Positions 15,886 to 22,708 of a stretch of 32,000 nucleotides of DNA are shown one piece after another; within the stretch, counting starts at the first letter, position 1; each line of letters opens with the position of its first letter. This stretch comes from Thermodesulfobacteriota bacterium (GTDB taxonomy: Bacteria; Desulfobacterota; Desulfarculia; JACQYL01), in contig CAXXLZ010000002.1 in the NCBI GenBank assembly GCA_963675595.2, forward strand, positions 3,931,900 through 3,963,899. The letters run 5' to 3'. The position numbers and the translations under genes are program-made. Below the pieces are notes generated by a model that saw only the letters and a list, made by a program, of their open reading frames with translations, did not search any database and was not told where the DNA came from.

Positions 15886-18800
15886 ATGACGGACATCGCT
15901 CGTCCACAAACTCCCTATTATGACGCATCTACCCGCCATACAGTGCGGATTCTCTCGCCTGATTCCACCGAAAGCCGTGTGGAATTGGTGCGGATGGCCG
16001 GAGCTGCCGTGCCCGTTTATGTTCAGCCGGAAACGCCGCTTTGGTTCGTACCGAGCCCCTCTTTGGATCGGATGCTTCTGGACGGCTCGGACCGCCCGCC
16101 GCGGGGAGCGGAGACTCCGGACCGGGTTCTGGACCGATGGGACCTGGAGCGCATATTGACGTCCTGTCGTCGGGAACCCTACTCCGGACCTCGAGTGATG
16201 GAACTGAAGAAGCTGCGTGAGCTTTGGCTGCACGTGACCAATGCCTGCAACCTTCGTTGCGCGCATTGTCTTTTTTCCTGCGGCCCCGGTCCCGCCCCAT
16301 CTCTTCCTCTCGCGCGCATGTCCTCCCTCGTTGAAGAAGCTTACGGGCTGGGTTGCAGGCTGGTGCTGTTTACCGGGGGAGAGCCCCTTTTGGTTGAAGG
16401 CCTGTCGGATTTGTTGGCAACGTCGCAGGCGCGTCCGGATCTCACCTTGGCGGTGCTCACCAACGGTCTTCTGATTCCCTCTTTGTTCCGGAAGATGCGA
16501 TTTCCGGATCCTGAACGGTTGCACTTCCAGGTGAGCCTGGATGGTTCTCGAGACTTTCATGAAGGTCTCAGGGGGAAAGGTTCCTATGATGGGGCGATTC
16601 GGGGCCTGAATCTGCTGATGGAACAGGGATTTCCCTGCAGTATCGCCATGACCGTGACATCGGACAACGTCGGTTCCATGGCTGAGGTGGTGCGCACGTC
16701 ACACGCAATCGGCGTTCGGGCGGTTCACTATCTGTGGTGTTTCCGTCGTGGCAAAGCGGAGGGCCTTGATTTTCCATCCATGGAGTCCTTGATTCGGAAC
16801 TTGAGCTTGGCCGAGTCCGAAGCCCGGCGGCTCGGAGTGGTGATCGACAACATCGAGGCGATGCGCAGCCAGGTTTTCTCTCCGCCCGGCACCAGGTTCG
16901 ATTTGGGCAATGCCGGCTGGGAATCCCTTGCCGTCGGGCCGGACGGCTTTGTCTATCCCACCCCCGCCCTTGTGGGGAGAGAAGCCTTGCGAGCCGGATC
17001 GATCGATGTCGGTCTCGAACGGATATGGAGACACAGCGAATTATTCGAACGAATCCGTCGCTTCTCTCTGTTCGATATTCCTGAAATGGCGGAGGACCCC
17101 TGGCGGTTGATCACCGGTGGAGGGGACTTGGACCACTGCCTTTCACTTGCCGCACAACCGGCCGGTTCCGAATTCAACCCGGGCCCCGATCCCTATGCCC
17201 CCCTGTATCGGGCCATGGCCCGGATGGTGATCGAAGAAGAAACGGCAGGTCTTCCCGCGCCCCCGTCGTCGGGATTGATACTTAAAATGGGCGATGTCAT
17301 GCCGGAATGCCCGCCGGAGCGGGAATTGAATTTCACCCACTGCAACTGCCTGCTTTCCGTCGGAGGAAGCACCACTCACCTGGTTCGAGAATTCTATTCC
17401 GAACGCGCGGCAACCACGGACGCCTCCATCCGGAATCCGGTGCACTATTCCGATGAGGAGGCCGGATTTATTCCGGAAGAAGCTCGTTTGCGGGCCTACG
17501 GATGCGGCAGCCCCGTGGGGGAGGCCGCCCTCGTGGAGGGCGAGACGGTGGTTGATTTGGGGTCCGGCGCAGGCGCCGAATGCTTTGTAGCCGCACGTGC
17601 CGTGGGACCCAGGGGAAGAGTGATCGGTGTGGACATGACAGCGGAGATGCTGGCCCTTGCGCGACAGACGTCGGTGAAGGTAGCCGAACGTCTGGGCTAT
17701 TCGAACGTGGAATTCGTCGAGGGCTTCCTTGAGGATATTCCACTCGAATCGCGAAGTGCCGACGTGGTCGTCTCCAACTGCGTGGTCAACCTGAGCCGGA
17801 ACAAACGACGAGTGTTTCAAGAAATCTTTCGGATATTGAAGCCGGGGGGGAGAATCGTCATCTCCGATGTGGCCACCGAAACGGAGCCACCCTTGGAGGT
17901 CCGGTCGGATCACCGACTCATCGGTGAATGCATCGGCGGGGCTCAGGTTCAGGACTACCTGTTCGGCATGCTGCGGGATACGGGATTCCAAGGAGCAAGG
18001 GCGCTGAAGCGGTTCCCGTATCGTTCCGTGGGAGGCCACGATTTTCATTCTCTGACCTTTGCCGCGTCCAAACCGCCGGCGGCGTCTTCGGCGCCGATGG
18101 ACGTGGTTTACGCCGGTCCGTTTCGGGCCGTTGTCCTGGACGACGGCACCGTGCTGAACCGGGGAGTCCGCCGGACGCTGCGGGCGGCGTGGCAGGGTTC
18201 CCCGGAGGACGCGGCTCGGGCCGGGATATTCTTTCTTGATCAGGATACGGGAGCGATCACCAATGTGGACGCGGTGTGCGACTGCAACTGCGGTTTGCCT
18301 CCGGAACCGGCCGTGGAGGAGGAGACGTCGGACAGGCCCGCCACAGGCTGCCTCGAATGCGGCGCCCCGCTGGTCTATCAATCCGTGCCGGAAGATCGGG
18401 TATGCATCCGTTGCGGCAGGGTCGCTCCCTCCGACGCGATCTGCGAGAACGGTCATTTCATCTGTGATTTCTGTCACGCCAAGGATCCCTCCGAAGTCAT
18501 CGAGCGGGTGTGTCTGCTCAGCATGGAAACCGACATGCTCCGGCTGTTTGAAGAGGTCAGATCACATCGATGTTTTCCCATGCACGGACCGGAACACCAT
18601 GGGCTTGTCCCGGGGGTGATTTTGTCGGCGTTTCGTAACTCGGGAGGCGATCTCACCCGGGAAGCGATCGTCGCGGGCATTCGACGCGGCGCCATGGTTC
18701 CGGGAGGCGCCTGCGCTTTCATGGGGACCTGCGGAGCCGCCACAGGTGTCGGGGTTGCGTTTTCCATGATTCTGGAGGCCACTCCCCTGACTCCGTCGAA

Positions 18801-19077
18801 GCGGCGGGATATCCAATCCCTGGTGGCGGACGTCATCAAAGCGATTGCCGAGCGCAAAGCGGCACGCTGCTGTCGGCGCGAAAGCTATATCGCCTTGAGG
18901 ATTGCGGCGGCTCGATCCAAGGAACTGCTGTCCGTCACACTCAAGGCGGAAGACGACTTCTCGTGTTCTCAGTACGCCGCCAACAGGGAATGTATCGGAT
19001 CCGCCTGTCCGGTGTTTCCCAAAAGAGAAGATGTCTCGTTGAGTCCGATCAAAATCGTGAGGGCGGCGAAAGGCTGA
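15886..19077 (+). CDS. tri-domain fusion: radical SAM with Cys-less SPASM-like extension + ArsM-like class I SAM methyltransferase + Cys-rich C-terminal (DUF5714-like) domain
   Basis: Single uninterrupted 1063-codon ORF. Radical SAM: LHVTNACNLRCAHC (nt 16246-16269) and FTGGEPLL. Methyltransferase: RAYGCGSP, VVDLGSGAGAECF, VVSNCVVNL, ILKPGGRIVISDV, GECIGGA. C-terminus: CLECG..CIRCG, CENGHFICDFCH, HGPEHH, GACAFMGTCGAATG, ARCC. Confidence 0.85.
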   Translation: MTDIARPQTPYYDASTRHTVRILSPDSTESRVELVRMAGAAVPVYVQPETPLWFVPSPSLDRMLLDGSDRPPRGAETPDRVLDRWDLERILTSCRREPYSGPRVMELKKLRELWLHVTNACNLRCAHCLFSCGPGPAPSLPLARMSSLVEEAYGLGCRLVLFTGGEPLLVEGLSDLLATSQARPDLTLAVLTNGLLIPSLFRKMRFPDPERLHFQVSLDGSRDFHEGLRGKGSYDGAIRGLNLLMEQGFPCSIAMTVTSDNVGSMAEVVRTSHAIGVRAVHYLWCFRRGKAEGLDFPSMESLIRNLSLAESEARRLGVVIDNIEAMRSQVFSPPGTRFDLGNAGWESLAVGPDGFVYPTPALVGREALRAGSIDVGLERIWRHSELFERIRRFSLFDIPEMAEDPWRLITGGGDLDHCLSLAAQPAGSEFNPGPDPYAPLYRAMARMVIEEETAGLPAPPSSGLILKMGDVMPECPPERELNFTHCNCLLSVGGSTTHLVREFYSERAATTDASIRNPVHYSDEEAGFIPEEARLRAYGCGSPVGEAALVEGETVVDLGSGAGAECFVAARAVGPRGRVIGVDMTAEMLALARQTSVKVAERLGYSNVEFVEGFLEDIPLESRSADVVVSNCVVNLSRNKRRVFQEIFRILKPGGRIVISDVATETEPPLEVRSDHRLIGECIGGAQVQDYLFGMLRDTGFQGARALKRFPYRSVGGHDFHSLTFAASKPPAASSAPMDVVYAGPFRAVVLDDGTVLNRGVRRTLRAAWQGSPEDAARAGIFFLDQDTGAITNVDAVCDCNCGLPPEPAVEEETSDRPATGCLECGAPLVYQSVPEDRVCIRCGRVAPSDAICENGHFICDFCHAKDPSEVIERVCLLSMETDMLRLFEEVRSHRCFPMHGPEHHGLVPGVILSAFRNSGGDLTREAIVAGIRRGAMVPGGACAFMGTCGAATGVGVAFSMILEATPLTPSKRRDIQSLVADVIKAIAERKAARCCRRESYIALRIAAARSKELLSVTLKAEDDFSCSQYAANRECIGSACPVFPKREDVSLSPIKIVRAAKG

Positions 19078-19226
19078 CGAATAACCGGCTCACGGCGTTC
19101 GGAACGATCCCGCCCACGGCACGGCGGCCAGCGGCTCGATGTTGGACGTCCGAGAAGACCGTATCACAAGGGGTGACCGTGCCTCTGCAAATCGGCGCCG
19201 GCGCATGAACGACTTTGTTCAAATAA

Positions 19227-19399
19227 GTCGGCTTCCATAAGCCGACCTATCCGACCTCCGACTGAACAAGGAAGGGGAGAAGGGGCGGGCCGACCTTGAC
19301 AAGGTCCGGTTCGTGATTAGCGAACCTTAGAAGCATCAATAACAAAAGGTCTACAAGACCGTATCCTCAACTTTCGACCGCAGTTTCGGGAGGTGTGAA
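19227..19399 (+). promoter_or_regulatory. structured 5' leader of the mop gene; possible Moco/Tuco-type riboswitch
   Basis: Three perfect hairpins: gtcggctt/ccat/aagccgac (19227-19246), gacctt/gac/aaggtc (about 19292-19306) and ggttcg/tgattag/cgaacc (about 19308-19326). An ACCUCCGA element (about 19254-19261) resembles, from memory, the conserved CCUCCGAG of the Moco RNA motif. The GGGAGG RBS at 19388-19393 could be sequestered. Molbindin genes are typical Moco-riboswitch targets. No covariance model was run. Confidence 0.35.
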
Positions 19400-19609
19400 T
19401 TGAACCTGAGCGCCAGGAATGTATTCAAAGGAAAAGTCGTCGATGTAAAAGAAGGCACGATCATGGCGAAGGTGAAAGTGGACATCGGCAGCGGCAACAT
19501 CATCACTTCCCTCATCAGTTCGGAGGCTGTCAACCAACTCGGAGTCAAGGTGGGGGAAGAAGTTTCCGTGCTGGTCAAGGCCACAAGCGTCATGGTTGCA
19601 AAGGGCTAG
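19400..19609 (+). CDS. mop: molybdenum-pterin/molybdate-binding protein (Mop, single TOBE domain molbindin)
   Basis: 69 aa: NLSARNVFKGKVVDVKEGTIMAKVKVDIGSGNIITSLISSEAVNQLGVKVGEEVSVLVKATSVMVAK matches the TOBE/Mop pattern (SARN..G.V......V.......I.A.IT......L.L..G..V.A..KA..V). TTG start 6 nt after GGGAGG. Confidence 0.85.
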   Translation: MNLSARNVFKGKVVDVKEGTIMAKVKVDIGSGNIITSLISSEAVNQLGVKVGEEVSVLVKATSVMVAKG

Positions 19610-20226
19610 GTCGTCGCCTATCCGAGCCTGCGCCGGCAACGACCGACCGACGCGCATAATCGGTTTGTGCCGATGGGCGTTCATGAGCGCAGGCCTTTCA
19701 AATCGAAATGAGGCAAGGATTGCCTCAGGCAATGAAAAGGCCGTATCCAAGTCGATCATTCTTCCGTAATGCCCCGGGCCCAATGTGCCGGAAGATCGTT
19801 GATCTTTTCGGAAGGCATGTCGACTCGTTCATACGAACCTCCCGGGGAGACTCCCTCTTGCCGGTTATCCCAAACTTTCCGGTCTCCCAAACGCCTACCA
19901 CCTATCCTCCGGTCGATGCATGCCGGAGCCCATCGTTCCCTACCCGATTTTTGCTGAATGTCCTTGTCTGAAGACCTCCGGCTGTTTCGCGTGAGTGTCC
20001 GGATGTCGCTTGATTCAAGGATTGAAAGGCAGTAAGCGTATTCTTATTTCAAACACGACTCAGACCTGTCTTCGCGTTTCTCACGTCGATTCGGCATGCG
20101 GATACGGCGTCTCGATCCGTCCCGATGCGATTGCGCTATGAATTGATCGACAACCCCCTCCGGGCCCCACGGCCGCCGTGTCCGGGAAGTCGTCTGAAAC
20201 GCGGCGTCGGTTGGGAGGTTGTATCG

Positions 20227-20991
20227 ATGAGGTTAATCGAGAATCTTTATCGTCATTTTCATGAAAAGGCTCGGCATACCAGAGTATCACATGTTTCCGT
20301 AGGCCTAAGATATACGGCCGTATTGACCGACGACGGCGGTATGGGACTCGCCTATACCAATTTGAGCTCTTCCGGCTGCTGTGCGACCAAAGGAGCTTAC
20401 CGAGACTACGAAGAACGGCCCGCCGTCGAGTTGTTGGAGCAAATCAAGGATTCCTCACCTTTGCATCGCAGTATGGGGCTGGCACTCGTCAATGCCATGA
20501 ACTACCGGCAGGCCTGTGAACTCCGGGAGGACTCGGGCGACGGCTATTGGATGGATGCGTTCGGTGTCGGGAAAGAAACGCGGGTTGCCATGGTGGGGTT
20601 TTTTCGTCCCCTCATGAAGTTGTTCAAGGAGCGCGGCGCTCTGGTGGAAGTATTGGACGATCAGCAGGGAGTCGGCGATCGGGTTTCCTTCTATGGGAAG
20701 CTGGACGGGTGGGCGGATGTGTTGTTGCTTACCTCGACTTCCATTTTGAACGCGAGCACCGAGGAAGTGCTCGGTCGTCTCGGTCCGGAGGTAAAGGTCG
20801 TCATGCTGGGGCCGAGCACTCCTTTGATCCCCGAAGCTTTCTCTCATCTTCCCGTTCACGTGCTGGCGGGAACCGTTCCCATCGACAAGAACGGCGTGTT
20901 GAAAGCAGTCCGGCATGGAGAAGGAACGCCCGTGATCCATCGATTCAGTCGGAAGGCTTATACCGTTTTGCCGGGGCGAGAGTTTCATTGA
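20227..20991 (+). CDS. DUF4213/DUF364-type protein (putative heavy-metal chelation / Rossmann-like domain)
   Basis: About 254 aa from the ATG at 20227 (GGGAGG RBS at 20213-20218). N-terminus V.HVSVGLRYTAVLTDDGGMGLAYT, then VAMVGFFRPL....VEVLD...........LLLTSTSILN, as I recall for DUF4213+DUF364 proteins. The family assignment is from memory of the motif pattern. Confidence 0.65.
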   Translation: MRLIENLYRHFHEKARHTRVSHVSVGLRYTAVLTDDGGMGLAYTNLSSSGCCATKGAYRDYEERPAVELLEQIKDSSPLHRSMGLALVNAMNYRQACELREDSGDGYWMDAFGVGKETRVAMVGFFRPLMKLFKERGALVEVLDDQQGVGDRVSFYGKLDGWADVLLLTSTSILNASTEEVLGRLGPEVKVVMLGPSTPLIPEAFSHLPVHVLAGTVPIDKNGVLKAVRHGEGTPVIHRFSRKAYTVLPGREFH

Positions 20992-21409
20992 GCCTTCGCC
21001 AAAGTGACCGGCCCACCGTCGATGGGAATAATTTCCTTTGGATGGTTATCGGTGCCGGCTTCCCGAAGGATTCTCCTTCAGGCTCCCGGGGCCTGAGAGC
21101 GGGCGGTACGGTACGGCCGGACGGCAGATCCGTGGGGAAGGCTGCGAGAACGAGGGATGCCGTGAGTTCTCGATGCCGGGGCGACTCGAGCGGATGGGCG
21201 TTGCAGGGCGTCCGAACGGCAGGTGGGTTTATGAAGCATTTAACGGAAATGCCGTGTTGTCGCCCTCTTGGGGCCTGATTTCATGGCACCGGGCTCGGGC
21301 TGTTCCGTCGGGGAGCGACCGGTTTTTTCGTTGCGTTCTCCCATGGTCTGCCTTATCATTTTTGTAGTGGTGTTGGTTTTTTCATCCGGACTCGAAAGGA
21401 AGCCCAGAT

Positions 21410-22018
21410 ATGTTTAGAAGAGTTTCGTTTCTCATTGTTCTTGTTGTTTTTGCCCTGTCGATGGGAGTGGTGTGGACGATGCCGGCGTATGCCGACGACA
21501 TCTCCGACGCCATTGAAGAAGGCTTGGCGCTCTACAAGAAGGGCGAGTTCTCCGAGGCGGTTCAGAATCTGGATTACGCGTCTCAGTTGATTCGCCAGAA
21601 GAAGAGCGACAAGTTAAAGACCTTGCTTCCCGAGGCCCCGGAAGGATGGACTGCGGAGGAGTCGTCGTCCGAAGCCATGACCGGCGCCATGTTTGGAGGA
21701 GCTGTCGCGGCCAGGCGGACCTACATCAAGGACTCGAGCCGGATGAATATCGAGATCATCACCGATTCTCCCATGTTACAGGGCATGATGATGATGTTTA
21801 ACAATCCTATGTTCGCGACGTCCGATGGGGGAAGACTCACCAAGATCGCGGGTCGGAAGGCCATTATGAAATACTCCGATTCCGGCCGCGAAGGGGATAT
21901 CCGGATAGTGGTGGCGGACCGTTTCCTGGTCAATGTCTCGGGAACCGACGTGTCCAAGGAAGAACTCACGAATTTTGCGGAGAAGATCAACTACGAGGAA
22001 ATGGCCAAGCTGCCCTAA
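21410..22018 (+). CDS. secreted hypothetical protein
   Basis: Clear signal peptide MFRRVSFLIVLVVFALSMGVVWTMPAYA/DD. The ORF is well defined and Lys/Glu/Met-rich, with GAAAGGAAG upstream. I recognise no catalytic motif. Confidence 0.6.
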   Translation: MFRRVSFLIVLVVFALSMGVVWTMPAYADDISDAIEEGLALYKKGEFSEAVQNLDYASQLIRQKKSDKLKTLLPEAPEGWTAEESSSEAMTGAMFGGAVAARRTYIKDSSRMNIEIITDSPMLQGMMMMFNNPMFATSDGGRLTKIAGRKAIMKYSDSGREGDIRIVVADRFLVNVSGTDVSKEELTNFAEKINYEEMAKLP

Positions 22019-22045
22019 GGAGTTTGTCAGGGAAACCGGCATAGG

Positions 22046-22372
22046 ATGGAAGAGGGCTGCGCCATGGAAGAAGACAGGAACGACCGGAATTCGGAAGGCA
22101 AGAGGGTAAAAGTATACTGTGCCAATGCCCGATGTCTGACGGAAGAAGAGGTTCAGGCCCTGCCCGAGGACAAACGAAAGCAGATGGAGGAATCGGGCGG
22201 AAAAGGTCTCTGGATGGAATTCTTCTGTCCGGACGAAAGTTGTCTTAGGGAAGAAGAAAGAATCGATCTTCCCGTGAGAATGGTCGCGGATGAGAAGAAA
22301 AAGGGAATGTGGTTGAATTTGTTCTGCCCGGAAGACCGATGTGTCATCGATGACGAAACCGACCTTCCCTGA
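22046..22372 (+). CDS. small acidic protein with three tandem Cx4C repeat units
   Basis: 108 aa (102 aa if the ATG at 22064 is used). Repeats: VKVYCANARCLTEEEVQALP / GLWMEFFCPDESCLREEERIDLP / GMWLNLFCPEDRCVIDDETDLP. It starts 27 nt after the secreted-protein gene. Coding status is inferred from the repeat conservation at protein level despite DNA divergence. Confidence 0.5.
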   Translation: MEEGCAMEEDRNDRNSEGKRVKVYCANARCLTEEEVQALPEDKRKQMEESGGKGLWMEFFCPDESCLREEERIDLPVRMVADEKKKGMWLNLFCPEDRCVIDDETDLP

Positions 22373-22708
22373 GGCGGAAGCGCCGTGAAGGGGCCCGGGG
22401 GAGCGTGGTTCTCCCGGCGACCCCATGATCAAATACCGAACATCGGCTCCCCTCAATCGGAGTGCCGCCTATTCTCCCGCACTGGCTGGGCGGCCCCGGT
22501 CGGCACAAGAACGACTATCGTGATAATTTGTGTAACCGTATGGTAATAGAACAGCTCATCTACTGAAGGCGTCAAAACGCAATGGGTTCGGCCCATTCGC
22601 CGTTAGGCCTCATCTCGTTGGGAAGGATTGGGCTCCCCTTTTGTCGGGGGGCGGGATCCGACCGGCGTTCGAAGGCTTCCCATCCCTATTATTGGAGACA
22701 AGGGGCTC

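Noticed and set aside
17143-18477. 444-aa ORF on the - strand, the largest unexplained ORF in the track
   Set aside because: It lies entirely antisense to the motif-rich fusion gene. It is Arg/Pro/Gly-rich and low-complexity with no recognisable motif. This is the typical antisense open frame of a GC-rich coding region. The same reasoning applies to 7431..8255, 11789..12631, 13390..14227, 24096..24911 and 28196..28921 on the - strand.
19246-19912. Shared cctatcc...(c)tccg string in the mop leader (19246-19260) and in the next gap (19901-19912) as evidence of a duplicated riboswitch
   Set aside because: Only about 7+5 nt match, with an indel, which is well within chance for GC-rich DNA. The surrounding hairpins are not shared.
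20125-20226. Upstream extension of the DUF364-type ORF (288-aa version)
   Set aside because: The extension is Pro/Arg-rich and lacks an RBS. The internal ATG at 20227 has a GGGAGG RBS and matches where the family normally begins.
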